DNA of 64,000 nt from Cyanophora paradoxa CCMP329 (GCA_004431415.1 QPMI01000590.1:1-64000), one strand, 5' to 3'; shown: positions 1 to 14,300, numbered from the stretch's first letter. The notes: a model not told the origin generated them from the sequence alone. Made by a program: numbers and translations.

Positions 1-1059
1 CGTTGTCGCTTCCGCCTACCTTCTCCTGTACGCGTGTCTACATCCCATTGCACGCCCAACATGCAGCCTATACCGATGCAGGCGTCATCAAGCATTCACA
101 ACCCAGATACGAATAGAACGGTGGCTCAAGCCGAAGAGTAGATATAAGCACAGATTTTTGCAGGGAAAATAGACAGCTCGCAACCCGGCATATGCTTAAT
201 TTACGAGGTATGAGTGCATACACAAGGCACAAGGCAGAGAGTATGTCGTTCAACATCAGTTCCCTCGATTCAAATGTGACGGTGGTCTACTTACTATTAC
301 TAACCGGAAAACCTACTGCCAAGTTATGCTCTGACAAAAACGACAGTTCGGGGGGGGACTTCTTCTTCGCAAACAATGAAGCGACAGATCTAGACGAATC
401 AGCTGCATCCAGCTTGTCCACTATATCCGAAATGGACGGCACATTTACTAAGTGTCGCAGATAGTCATAAATCTCTCTCATTCCAACCCCACTTGTAAAG
501 GGAGCAGCCAGTAGCGGTACTAACATCTCCTCCCGGGTCGCAAGCAGATATCCAATCTGAGACCCAAATTAAACACCGAGTGACCATGAGCACCCATGCC
601 AGGAAAAAAAAGCACCTCGTATAACGTAAACGTCACGTCGGCCCTCGAGATATCAAACCCAAAGAAATTGGAACATGCAGCATTAAATCTAGATTTCTCG
701 GCATCGACATCCTGAAACGAAGTCAGAACAACATCAGCAGGAGAGTAGCAAGTCGAAAAATTACGAATACCTGTATCGATGATCCAGAGCTTGACGTACC
801 GGCAGCCTAGTCGCACATTAATTTAAATTGTACCCACGAGGCGAAAATTAAACGTTACCTGTACATGAGTCGATGGCTCTAGACTCGGCATCCCCGGAGG
901 CAGAAAGGCTGGAAACACGGGCAGCACCCCGCCATGCCTGCAAGACGTGCGAGCTCGGACGTCACCATGTCAACTATAAGCAAGAGGCGACTCACGAAAA
1001 GGGGACGGCGGGGACAGCGGCCGATATCGGCGTGCCGACGGCCGAGAGCGGTGCCTGAG

Positions 1060-1590
1060 CGAAGGACTGCAACGCGTCTAAGCTCGAAGAACGGAGAAGG
1101 CTGGCGAAACCGAGAGGCGGCGCACAGAACCAGGGCGGGAGGAGCTGCATTCGTCGAGTGCGCGCCGACGGCCTCGAGCTGCACCTGGGCCGGAGGACTG
1201 CAACGGGCGTAAGATTCTGCGCCCGACGCAACAGGCAAAGGGGTCGAAGCCTATAGGGAGGCTGGCAAAGCGAGAGCGGCGCACAGAACGAGAGCGGGAG
1301 GGGCTGCATTCGTCGAGTGCGCGCCGACGGCCTCGAGATGCACCTGGGCCGGAGGACTGCAACACGTTTAAGCTCGAAGAGGAGAGGCTGGCAAAAGCGA
1401 GAGGCGGCGCACAGAACCGGGGCGGGAGGGCTGCATTCGTCGAGTGCGGTCGAGTGCGCGCCGACGTCCTCGAGCTGCACCTGGGCCGAAGGACTGCAAC
1501 GCGTATAAGCTCAAAGCCCGGAGGAGGCTGGCAAAAGCGAGAGGCAGCACACAGAAGCCGGCGGGAGGGGTGCATTCGTCGAGTCCGCGC
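1060..1590. repeat. Imperfect tandem repeat, ~130-155 bp unit, ~4 copies
   Basis: The unit aggactgcaac...aagctcgaag...ggctggcaaa...gcacagaac...ctgcattcgtcgagtgcgcgccgac...gcacctgggccg recurs near 1062, 1193, 1352 and 1490. Confidence 0.9.
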
Positions 1591-2526
1591 CGATGATGAC
1601 GACGGACGCGAGCCTCCTTCCATGAGTGGCACCGGCACCAACGACCTGCAACGCACGTGAAATTGGCACCCCGCCGCGACAAGCAGTGAGCAGGAAAGCG
1701 CATGGGACGAACGCGGTCGACGTCTGCGTCACGCGGCCGGCCGCAATCATGGGTAGAATGGAAGACACATCTAAACCCTCAAAATATTGTAGCATAGGAC
1801 GTCGAATGCGTAGATCAAGCAGTTTCTCACGAAATACTTTCCAGTGTCTTGTGCACATATTCTGGCTTAACTGTACGTTTAGATCAGCAGGCGCGTCGAT
1901 TTCGTCATGCTTCCGCTTCTCGAAGTAGAAGGATTCGAGTTGACCGGAGATCCGTAGGGAGAGGAACGAAAGGCTCCAAGTCTGTGATTGTAATAAATCG
2001 AAATATCAGCACAACGAGACATATAGGAATAAAAGATAAACACACTCAGTTTCCACCGAAGAAAATCGACTCTGACGAAATAACACAACGACGCAAGCAT
2101 AAAAAGCCCAACCAGTCTCGAGTGTTCAATATACAGTGCTGTGAGGACAGCAATGTCGTTTCCGTTGCGCACTCTCGAAGATGATCAGAGATGTGTTTGC
2201 CGACGTTGAACACAAGAGACGGCACTTCACCATCGATACGGACGCCAGAAGGAAGGGAAGGGACAAAACAGGATGAAACATAGTCGCGATAGACTCCCCG
2301 ACTTTACGAGCAGTATCCAAAACTGCTTTCACCTCGGAAATGTTGGCTGAAAAAACTCTCGCCATCCGCTGGACCCTTGAAACCTCTTGTGTGAAGATCA
2401 CCGATGTCTGCTTGTTAGCAGAAAGATCTGAAGTCCCCTCCACAATTGCTTCCGCAACGTGTACAGATCCCATGCCCATCTGCAGGAGCACCACAGGCAC
2501 AATCAATAATAAGAAAGGTACAGCCA

Positions 2527-2894
2527 TTAAGGTGAGCACATACCACATCACTGTCGTTCGATTTTGGTTGAGGAATGTCGATATCGTGCAACACACGTGC
2601 CTTCGTTCATCGTTAACTACAAAACAAATAATAAAAGGGGGAACGTACCGCATCAGAACCCGATGGACCCTGACAATCGGAAGATTCAGCAGGTCTCTGA
2701 GAACCATGCTTAAGGTGAGCACATACCACATCACTATCGTTCGATTTTGGTTGATGATTGTCGATATCGTGCGACACACGTGCCTTCGTTCATCGTTAAC
2801 TACAAAACAAATAATAGAAGGGGGAACGTACCGCATCAGAACCCGATGGACCCTGACAATCGGAAGATTCAGCAGGTCTCTGAGAACCATGCTT
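2527..2894. repeat. Near-perfect 183-bp tandem duplication
   Basis: ttaaggtgagcacataccacatcact... starts at 2527 and again at 2710. The duplicated 61-aa peptide is visible in ORFs 2126..2926(-) and 2340..3425(+). Confidence 0.95.
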
Positions 2895-5800
2895 GTTTCC
2901 CTTCTGTCTGCCCGCACTACTTCCATGCCACCTCACTTTCGACACTTCAGGCTTAGTTCGATAAGGAGACGGATAATCTACAACCGCAATGACGTCCGAT
3001 TCAGCTGCAGCATACACAAACTTCAAACACACAGAACAGAGGAGGAATCGGAATGCGAATTCCACATACCCTCCGAAGATGAAGAAGCTCCCGAATTCGA
3101 AGGCGACGGTACGGGGGCCGCAAGGGATGCAGCCGGCAGAGGCGCGCCAGTTCCCGCGAGCGACGACTGCCCAGTACCCCTGCGACGCGATAAGGGTATC
3201 CAGCAGCGCATGAGCTCGGAGGCAAACATAAGCATCAGTGCACGAGGTACGTACAGAACGGGCGGAGGGACCGGCAGTCGGACCACGGGCGGCAGGGCCA
3301 GCGGCCATCATGGCCCCGCCAACCGACGGGAGAAGCTCCTGCCAAAAGAACTGCAACGCGACGCACGCACGGTCGCCCGGAGAACCAACATGGCAGGCGG
3401 AGGGACTGTGAAGCGCACGGGCTGATGCAGCGAGAGAGGCGGTTGAGGGCGCGCCGCTAGGCCGGAGCAACTCCTGGTCAAGAGGCCTGCGAGACGCGTG
3501 ACCTCGGAGATACGGTAAGGCAGACAAAAGCACGAGTAGGCGAACAGGCAAGGGCGCAGGACCGGCGGCCAACAAGGACTCGCCGACAGCTGCAAGTGGA
3601 CCCTTGCCCGGAGAGCTGCGACACAAACACGTGCGCTCAGACGCGTGACGAAGCACGAGGAGGCACGAGAAAGCGCACGGGGCGGGGCAGCGAGAAGAAC
3701 GTGGAGGCGCACCGCCAGGCCCAAACGACTCATTATCCGGAGGCCTGCGATGGAGTTTAGCTCGGTGCTTGAGATCGGAGACACGAAGAGACAGGCAGGG
3801 ACACGAGGTGACGAACAGCCCGGGGGCAGCAGGGACGGCGGCCGTCGAAGACTCGCCGAAAGCTGCAAGTGAACCCTGCCGCGGAGACCTGCGACGCATA
3901 GGCCTGCACGTTCGCTCAGATTCACGACATGACAGGATGAGACACGGGGCGGCGCACCGGGCCGGGGGGGCGGAAGGGACAGAGGGGGCGTGAGGCTGGA
4001 CCCGACCGACGCTTCATCCGGAGGTCTGGAACGCGTGTTAGCTCGGCACGCAACAACAGCAAGATAGTGCAAAAAGCAACGCACGGAGCTAAAGCGACAG
4101 ATGCGACGGGGATTGCGCAGACTGATGTCAGAGGCTCTTTGCCAGCCACCGCCCTCCGATTAGCTTCTGGTTATAACCACCAAAAATCAGAAAGTTGTAG
4201 ACTAATTAAGAAGATAAGCACTGAAACAAACAGACCTTTTTCTTTCCAAACTAAAATCGTCGACCGCAGCGCGATCACGAGTACGGAAATCGGCCCACCA
4301 TGACTGGGACTGTACGACAAAAGAATACCACTCAAATACAAAAAGGGAGTGAAAGGAAAAAAACAACAGGTAATCATACCAGAGATCCCAGTAAGGAAAC
4401 TGCAAGATTTGTCGATCTAATACTGGTACCTACGCAGAGAATTAAAAATCACGAATGAAAGCACTATAGAAAGTAAGATAGATATGCACCCGAAGACTGC
4501 CCTGTACCGCAGAAACTCTAGCATTCAAAATCGCAATCATCTCTTGTTTACACGAAAAGACCATATCCATGACTTTCGCAACGGCATCATCCAGCAACGG
4601 CTGTAGACCTTCCAATTCCTCCTTCTGCGCATCGACTGTAGAGTGCAGTTTGGGATACGCCTCCTTCGGAAACGAGATATTTCATCATCCTCTGCAGGAA
4701 ACAGAGGCTGCGACTGCATCAAGTCCGTAAATTCAAGGTGCAGCGCCCAAGTCTCCATGCCATGAACGAAGGCCTTCTTCCAGCCGCAAACATAGAATTC
4801 ACGTTGACGCCCTCTTCACCTGCGTTTGCAAGAACTCGAAATTCTATGCAGGCATTGAAGGTCAACTTGTACAGACTCCATGTCCGATAGTAGCTGCATA
4901 ACAAAGCTGCGTATTTTGATGACTCCGTTATCAGCAGGTCAAGGTCAACTATGTAGTCTTCACCAGCAGCCTTAGGTCCGGCCAAAAATGGTCCCAGAGC
5001 ATCATCTGGCCCCAGAGCATCGACTCCATCGATGGCATCTTACGCTTGAAGGATGAGATCTGTTTCTTTACAAGGTCCTTGATTTCGAGTAGTGTGCCAG
5101 AAGTAAAAAGTCCTTCTGTAATGAAGGGTTCAAGGAAATCGTCGATGTCCGATTTAGCCGTATCCTTTGAACGCAAAAGCTCCCAAGCCAGGCGCATGCG
5201 CGATGTAGCGGGATGCTTGCTACTTTGCATGCACTCAGATAGTGGTCATCATCGTAATAATGAGCGCACTGAGCTGATATATGCTCCAGTACATTCACCA
5301 GGATAAGAAACTCAGACACCCGTCCCCAGCTCATGACGCGATGCTTCACTGCGTATCATACATCAGAAGAAGCCAGATAAGGTAATGCAAAGGTACAGAA
5401 ACATCATTGGCATACATATACCTCGAATAGGAGATGCAGACAAAGCAACAGACATTCACAGCGGGCACCCCGAGATGCACACCTAGTATGAAGGGGCAAA
5501 CATCAGACAAAGCAGTTACACAGTCGTCGGGAGCAGTACAACCACTGAAAACAGCGTACCAAGGACGGATACAACACAGAATGCAGACCGAGAGGAAGCA
5601 AAGTGGGACAAAGAACCACTCAACGCCCGACTTGAAGGCCACCCACGCGCTGGAGAGCGAAATAAGATGATAGCTAAACCCTCATTATGGGCAGGAGGGA
5701 TGGCGCATGGGACGGGCGACGCACCAGAAATGTTAGCGCCAAAAAGAAGGAAGACAACCAGGCAGCAGACATAAAAGGCTTTAATCCGATGACCCCTACA

Positions 5801-7919
5801 GATCGAAGAGCCATACATTAGCAAGTGCGGTCACCGCTGAGAGCCGCGATGCAGGATCTGAGCTTATAACAAGTGCGTACCGATTTTCGTCAAACCGAAG
5901 CTGCAGTCAGTAAAACGACGGTGACGGTGATGGCCGGCAAAGGAGCGGAAAAGTCCCAACCCTGCGTAAAGCCACACATCAACTCCATGGCTCGCAACTG
6001 TACTATGCGCGGCGAAGGCAGCACGGCCTCACGCTAGCCGGGGCGCTACTAGCGATAGAATCGCTAATAGTCAATATAAAATCTCTTGCATTAGCACACA
6101 ACCAACTACAATGAGTTCACATCGCCAATAAATCTCTCCGACTAGATACTATCGAGGACCGTCGTATGCTGTGCTTTAGAAAGTACAAAATGAACGAAGG
6201 TTTGAAGGTTTCGTGTCTAGATATCTAGCTAAGGAGTTCTAACTAATACTAATGATGTGGAAGTAGCTGTATCGATTTCTAAACCAACCTAAACTCCCGG
6301 CTACGAGGTCCTATCTCTACAAAAGACTCCCAATCATGGTATGTCCGCCGCCAGCGCTGCCCAAGGGCCTCGCCGCGCCGTGTGCCAGGCTCCTCGCCAG
6401 CCCCAGTAGATTGGGCTACTGGCCGCCTCCTGCCGTCGCCTCCGCCGCCTCCATTTGTTGGTGTTGCGTCCTCCGGCCCGCCCCCAGACCGCAATCCCCC
6501 AGTGTCTCCCTCTAGCGCGGGCGCGCCTCTGTGTGCCCACGCCCAAGCATACCTGTTCGTATGGTCGTATACTTGCATGGCCGCTGAAGCCCGACCCAGC
6601 CGTAGTCGTCTGCGGGCAGCTCAGGTGTGAGAGGGCTAGGGTTTCCCCGCCTTGGTGCGGGACTCGAGGGCACCGCACTCCTGCAGCGTTCCCGCTGCCG
6701 GGGCTCCGGATCCGCGCGCTTCCTGCGAGCGTTGCCAGCCGTATCGTCAGGCGGCGCGTCGGCCTCGCGCCGCGCGCCTCAGTGCGCTTCGCCTTGGCGC
6801 GACGTTCTTTCATGACCTTCGTGATCCGCACGCCTTCTCCCACTCCGCGTACGCGCTAATAGTCAATAGGTGGTCTCTAGCACCGCATGCGCAACTGACT
6901 AACCGCGGCAGTTACGGTTGCATGCAACTAACCGCGAGACCAAGGCCCCAAGTCCAAACATTACGACCGGCGAGCGACGATAGATGTAGAGAAAGCGTGC
7001 ACGTACCAAGCACTATGATCGTTGCTTCTAGGACCCAGCCGAGCCACGGACGACGCAAGCCCGGAGCGATGAAGCTGGCGCACGAACGAAGCACGCCTGG
7101 CCAAGCCAGGATAGCGGGACAGCTCTTTCCACTTGAAGCCGAGCAGGCCGCGAGGCCACCGCCCGCGAAGCTGATCAGACTTGAGGCCAGGCACGCAGCG
7201 CCACGCCAGGGATTGACTGATGTCCGGGTACAAAAACAATGCAGGAGATCAAATTCTACGGCCTTAGTGGCGCCCGTACGCGTCGGACGCCGTCACTTAA
7301 AGACTGCAGCACTTTAAGCACAGCCACGACAGTACGGCGCTGGCCTCGACGACTCTCGCGCGCGCGCCGAGCCTAGCACAGGAAGGAATCCCGCCGGCAC
7401 CTGGCCGGCGCCACCACCAAGCCGCACAAGCGGGACAAAAACATCACTAACAGACTCTGAGACCGGGCCGGAATCAGAAAGGCCGCGCGCCGGTCGCAGC
7501 AGCTGATACGACTTCGACGTCGACAGACAGCAGCTTCATTCAAGACAAGCAGAGAGTCCAACGCCTAGATCCCCTGCCATGAGCAGCAAGAACAAATTCA
7601 ACATGCAAATACAATGACATACACACACACAGCTACCTAGGCGCGGCAGGGCGGGGGCTGCGCGGCGGAGCAGGGCGGCGGACCCGGTGCAGGCAAGATG
7701 GGTCCACGGCGGATGCGAAGCGCAAGCGCGGCCGCCCGGCGGATCCGGAGCTGCTGCAAGCAGAAGCGGGCGCAGTCAAACCGGGGCAGCTGGGGACGGG
7801 GCGGCAAAGGAGCGGCGTCGCGGGGCGGCCCCTGCCACCTGTACGGGGCCCGGATGCATAGCGTCGTTCCAGGGGCACAAAGTTGTAGGGATGGGAAGGG
7901 AGAGGAGGGGGGGGGGCGA

Positions 7920-8905
7920 GGCCTAGGGCTGGGAAGCGGACGCTGGAAGCCTAGGGCTGGGGTGCGGGCGCTGGAGGCCTAGAGCTGGGGCGCGGGCGCT
8001 GGAGGCCTAGGGCTGGGGCGCGGGCGCTGGAGGCCTAGGGCTGGAGCGCGGGCGCTGGAGGGGGCGCGGGCGCTGGAGGCCTAGGGCTGGGACGCGGGCG
8101 CTGGAGGCCTAGGGCTGGGACGCGGGCGCTGGAAGCCTAGGGCTTGGGCGCGGGCGCTGGAAGCATAGGGCTGGGGTGCAGGCGCTGGAGGCCTAGGGCT
8201 GGGGTGGGAGTGGGTGGGGGGGGGGGGGGGGAGGGGCGCTGAGGTTTCATTAACGTGAGCGATGCGCGTTGCATCCTGCACATGGCGTCAGCGGGATGCG
8301 GCAGCAGGGGGTACAGACGCGCGGACCAGAGGCCAGAAAGCTCGAGAGACTCGAAGACCGAGAGGTGCGCGAAGGCCGAGAGGTGCACGCGCCTGATTGC
8401 CTCTCCCGTCCAGGGCATGCAGCCCCTCCGGCCTGCCACCTGCACGGGGGCCGGGTGCCTAGCGTCGTTCCAGAGGCACAAAGTTGTAGAATTGGGAAGG
8501 GAGAGGGGGGGGGGAGGGGGGGGGGGGGGCGAGGCCTGGGGCTGGGGCGCGGGCGCTGGAAGCCTAGAGCTGGGGCGCGGGCACTGGAGGCTAGGGCTGG
8601 GCGCGGGCGCTGGAGGCCTAGGGCTGGGCGCGGGCGCTGGAGGCCTAGGGCTGGGGCGCGGGCGCTGGAGGCCTAGGGCTGGGACGCGGGCGCTGGAAGC
8701 CTAGGTTTGGGCGCGGGCGCTGGAAGCATAGGGCTTGGGCGCGGCGCTGGAGGCCTAGGGCTGGGCGCGGGCGCTGGAGGCCTAGGGCTGGGGCGCGGCG
8801 CTGGAGGCCTAGGGCTGGGACGCGGGCGCTGGAAGCCTAGGGCTTGGGCGCGGGCGCTGGAAGCATAGGGCTGGGGTGCAGGCGCTGGAGGCCTAGGGCT
8901 GGGCG
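7920..8905. repeat. 28-bp G-rich minisatellite (GGCCTAGGGCTGGGGCGCGGGCGCTGGA)n in two arrays, with poly-G runs
   Basis: Arrays lie at ~7920-8200 and ~8530-8905, with extra copies at ~9770-9880. Each main array is preceded by the same ~90-bp unit (cctgccacctg...gcacaaagttgtag...poly-G). Confidence 0.95.
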
Positions 8906-8989
8906 CGGCAACGATACTGCGGGCGGAAGCGGGCGCACTCAAATAAGAAGGATGGAAGATGTCGCGCCAATGCGCGACCGCCCGGCAGC

Positions 8990-11300
8990 GCTGCTGCAGG
9001 CGTAAGAGGACGCGATCAATTCGAGGGAGCGGGGGACGGGGCAGCAGGACAGTGGCGTAGCCGGACGGCGGACCAGGCGCAGGCGAGAGAAGTCCACGGC
9101 ACGTGCGGGGCTCGAGCGCCGGCGGCCACCGAAGCTGCTGCGGGCGGGAGCGGGCTCGATCAAATCGGGGCAACGAGCCGTCAGGGCGGTAGGAGAGCGG
9201 CAGAGCCAGGCAACGAACCCGGCGCAGGCAAACTGGACCCACGGAAGGTACGGGGAGCGAGCAATTCGACCGGCGGCCCTGCTGCGAGCAGGAGCGGGCA
9301 TGATCAAATCATAAGAACATAGGACGGCGCGGCAGGAGAGCGGCGGAGCCGGGCGGCAGACCCGGTGCAGGCAAGAAGAATCCACGGCGGGTGCGAAGCC
9401 CAAGCGTGGCCAACCGGCCCAGCTGCTGCAAGCAGAAACGGGCGCGATCAAACCGGGGCAGATGGGAACGGGGCGGCAAAGGAGCGGCGTCGCGGGCGGC
9501 GAACCCTGCGCGGACGAGAAGAGGCCGGGCGGCGGACCAGGCGCAGGCGAGAGGAGTCCACGGCACGTCCGGGGCCCAAGCGCCGGCAGCCACCGAAACT
9601 GCTGCGGGCGGGAGCGGGCGCGATCAAATCGGGGCGACGAGCCTTCAGGGCGGTAGGAGAGCGACGGGGCTAGGCAGCGAACCCGGCGCAAATCATAAGG
9701 ACGAGGGACGGCGCGGCAGGAGAGCGGCGGAGCCGGGCGGCGGACCCGGTGCAGGCGAGATGGATCCAGGGCTGGGAAGCGGACGCTGGACGCCTAGGGC
9801 TGGGGTGCGGGCGCTGGAGGCCTAGAGCTGGGGCGCGGGCGCTGGAGGCCTAGGGCTGGGACGCGGGCCCTGGAGGCCCTGGAGCGCGGGGCGGCGAACC
9901 CTGCGCGGACGAGAAGAGGCCGGGCGGCGGACCAGGCGCAGGCGAGAGGAGTCCAAGGCACGTCCGGGGCCCCAGCGCCGGCGGCCACCGAAACTGCTGC
10001 GGGCGGGAGCGAACGCGATCAAATCGGGGCGACGAGCCTTCAGGGCGGTAGGAGAGCGACAGGGCTAGGCAGCGAACCCGGCGCAAATCATAAGGACGAG
10101 GGACGGCGCGGCAGGAGAGCGGCGGAGCCGGGCGGCGGACCCGGTGCAGGCGAGATGGATCCACGGCGGGTGCGGGGCCCAAAAGCGGCCGCCTGGCAGC
10201 GCTGCTACTAGAACGCGATCAGTTCGAGAGAGCGGGGGACGGGGCGGCAGGACAGTGGCGTAGCCGGGCGGCGGACCAGGCGCAGGCGAGAGGAGTCCAC
10301 GGCACGTACGGGGCCCGATCGCCAGCGGCCACCGAAGCTGCTGCGGGCGGGAACGGGCGCGACCAAATCGGGGCGACAAACCGTCAGGGCGGTAGGAGAG
10401 CGGCAGGGCCAGGCAGCGAACCCGGCGCAGGCAAGCTGGACACACGGAAGGTACGAGGCGCGAGTGTGGTCGACCGGCGGCCCTGCTGCAGGCAGGAGCG
10501 GGCATGATCAAATCATAAGAACAGGGGACGGCGCGGCAAGAAAGCGGCGGAGACGGGCGGCGGACCCGGAGCAGGCAAGATGGGTCCACGGCGGGTGCGG
10601 AGCCCAAGCGTGGCCGACCGGCAGCGCTGCTGCCGAGGGAAAACAACGCGATCAATTCGAAGGAGCGGGGGACGGGGCGGCAGGACAGTGGCGTAGCCGG
10701 GCGGCGTACCAGGCGCAGACGAGAGGAGTCCACGGCACGTGCGGGGCCCGATCGCCAGCGGCCACCAAAGCTGCTGCGGGCGGGAGCGGGCGCGACCAAA
10801 TCGGGGCGACAAACCGTCAGGGCGGTAGGAGAGCGGCAGGGCCAGGCAGCGAACCCGGCGCAGACAAGCTGGACACACGGAAGGTACGAGGCGCGAGCGT
10901 TGTCGACCGGCGGACCTGCTGCGGGCAGGAGCGGGCATGATCAAATCATAAGAACGGTGGACGGCACGGCAAGAGAGCGGCAGAGACGGGCGGCGGACCC
11001 GGAGCAGGCAAGATGGGTCCACGGCGCGTGCGGAGCCAAGCGTGGCCGCCGGCGGAGCTGCTGCAGGCAGAAGCGGACCGGATCAAACCGGGGCAGATGG
11101 GGAAGGGCAGCAGAGAAGCGGCGGCGCAGGCAAGCTGGACACACGGAAGGTACAAGGCGCGAGCGCGGTCGACCGGCGTACCTGCCGCAAGCAGGAGCGG
11201 ACGCACTCAAACCGGGGCGGATGGGGACGGGGCGGAAAAGGACCGGCGTCGCGGGGCGACGAACCCGGCGCAGACGAGAAGTGGCCCTGCATCAGCGGCG
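8990..11300. repeat. Modular higher-order GC-rich repeat block
   Basis: Modules recur in shuffled order, e.g. ggcggcggaccaggcgcaggcgagaggagtccacggcacgt, gggcatgatcaaatcataagaac, gcggcggacccgg(t/a)gcaggcaagatgggtccacggc. A related copy lies at ~7660-7830. Confidence 0.9.
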
Positions 11301-14300
11301 GCGCTGATGCAGGCAGACAATCACCTGATGACCATTAAACGCAGAAGCGCACAAACAGCAAAACCGCCGCTCACCGTGGAACAATCGGCCGCATATACGC
11401 GACTTCCGCGCCGCTGCGGATGGTCCGCGCTGCCGGCGATCGCTCCGGGATCACATCCTTCGATCGATCTGCGGCGGACAACATGATTCGACAACCACAG
11501 CCCAACCTCACACTTGAGGCCGGGCAGGCCCGACCTCACAAGGATCACACCGCGTAACGGGGGGTACACTACCACAACCGAACGACCGTGGCCCACGGTC
11601 GTTCGACGAGGGGGGTACACAGATATGTAGACTTTCCGCAAGCCGACACTGTCCACCCGCGAACGCCGTCCAGTCTGGCACACACGAGATGCCAATGCCA
11701 TGGAAAATACCGGTACTTACCCTCCGAGGCTCACGCGCGGATTTCCTAATACCACACTTCCGCCTCGCACGCGGCGCTCATATCTACCTTCGCTGATCTT
11801 GCCACGACACGACAGACCCACGAGGACGACCTCGGCAATTGGTGGCGCCATTGGCCGGTCAAGCTAGCAAGGAGGGCCTTTCGAAAGCAGCGGCGCACGC
11901 TCCAACCAGGCGAGCTTCGTGTAACACGGGCATCCATGTGCGTACACTCGCTCGGCCAGGAAACCCGACAGGCGCCTGAAAGTAGCGCAGCAAACGCGAT
12001 GCACGCTACTATGTTAGATGCTGGTGTCGGGAATGGAGTACAAAGAGCCACCAGCATGGATCAAGTTCAAAAGACGTGCGCCACATACCTGCACCCTGAA
12101 GACCCTGACATCGACCCAATTCTGATGATGGCCGCATGCACAGCCCTCATTTATGCTACATGGATAGAAGGAAGACTGTCACTACTCGAAAACACGGCCG
12201 TATCCCTTGAATGCAGCGAGTGCTACTTATTTGGAACCGACCGCACCAATTCAAACAGTACTATTCAACAGCAGAAGCTTGCTTCTCCTGACCATCAAGC
12301 TTCTCGAGAGATCATAAACATGACAACTAGCAATCCATCTTAATTTCAAGAACTCAAAGCTCATAGCTGTAATGGAGGCTCACCCTAACCCTCAGCATGC
12401 TCATCGGGAGCCTCTTCCAGGGACGGTGGCTCTGAACAGCATAACGTCCTGACAGCAACACCTGTGTCCATAACGACAGCGCTAGCATTGCTTAATCTAT
12501 CAAAAACGCATGCACAGCACTCATATATGATATGAGGATGACTGCCAGCCTGCACCTCGAGAGTTCTGCAGCACAGTGCAATCGTGATTGCCGCAATCAT
12601 AGTTCTACTTAGTACGCCTATAAAAAGTACGCTTAAAAACAGATTATGCCATGAACCACGGGTTCGGCCGGTACTACTTGCTATTGCTTGTGAGACAACT
12701 CAGCGACGAGTGCACCTGCCTCCTCCACGAGGGACCGAACCTGCTCCTTCGTAAGGGCATCCTGTAGAAACAGATACGGCGATCATATGTCAGTCGAAGA
12801 CAGATACGGACAGCAAATGACACCGGGATTCCCACACCTCAGCCGCAAGAGCTTCAGTCCTCCCCCGCTTCCTCGTTCCGACACCAACATGCTCCTTTTC
12901 GATAGCAGCCATAAGGACCCTAGCCTGCATAGTTCGGATTACAGCTGGCAATCGCAGGTGCACAGGATTTGCAATAGCCCACCTTAGACGCAAGATCTTC
13001 ATTCCTCCTCCGAAGGGACTCCAGGTACTCGTCCCTGTGCAAGGGCCAAATGAGCAACATCGAAGGGAGACATGTAAAAGCATACGTAAGGCTCACCTCG
13101 ACTTCTTGTGAGCCACAACGATGTTATTAAGACGGACAATATGCCAGCATAACACCGCGAACGAATCCCGGATACGGGTCATCAGCACCATGGCAGAATC
13201 AATCAAGACATCTGCATCATAAAGCTGAGAGGCGGAGAGAAGACCCAAGCTGTCGTCCTGGAGGTCCTTCTTCAGCTCAGGAAAACATGGCATGACTTTG
13301 CTGATTTCACCCAGAAGCACGTCAAAGTATTCAGCACTACCAGGCATACTGCCCGGCAATGCAAGCAAAGCAAGCGACCCCTGAGGAGCTAAAGCACAAA
13401 TCAAAACACAACCGGTAGTGCCCAAAGAAATAACGAATGACAGAGTACAAACCCGTTACAGGGCATTCAATCCGTTGACCATCTTCTGATCTGAGCGAGC
13501 ATTCTGAATGCTGCAGTTCTTCATGGTACAGATCGTACACCCGAAGCAGGCTCTGTATATGACTATCGAGCACTCCCCTGTGTACGACAAGTACAAGCCG
13601 AAGGAAATCAAGATTCTTGGCTACAGTCCGAATCGCTTCTTTACCAGGACTCGTTGGTCTGACCCGCTGCATGATGATAGCACGGACCAGGGGCGCCAAA
13701 CGACACAATGAATTCAGATGCGAGTGTATGGATCGGCTCCAAAGACGCCATACACCGCCTGCTTCCATCACGCTTGATAGGCAGCTGCGGATCCAATCCA
13801 CGAGGTCGCTTACATGACCGGACTTGCACGGGCAAGCAGGGAACTGTAGAACCATTAGAAATTTGAAAAACATGCGCAACGATCAACACGTACATGATGG
13901 GACTCGCACTGAGAGATAGAACTCGACACAGGCGGCATCCAGCAGGTACAGTTTACACCTGCAGCGATACACCAGGTCATTAGCATTTAGACCGCATCAG
14001 AGCGGACCCGGAAACACGAGCATGCGCACGGAGCAAGAGCACCAGGCGCGCAGAGCGCTCACACGACGACTGAACGGTAGTAGGACCAGGGCGCAGGCGT
14101 CTGGCGGGCAACGATGGCAATGCAAAGAAGTCAGCAGCAGGCCAGCGCATATAACAAGCAGGACAACAGTGGCAGGGCAGCGCGTACAGCGGTCCGGTCT
14201 AGATCCGACAGGCAGCGATGGCCTGAAGTACAAAAGCAAAGGAGGACTTGCGGCCTGAATGCGCCGCACACCGAGAGAGGCTGGACGCGACCAGGGTGCG

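Noticed and set aside
12380-12395. Telomere-like ccctaaccct
   Set aside because: Under two units; expected by chance.
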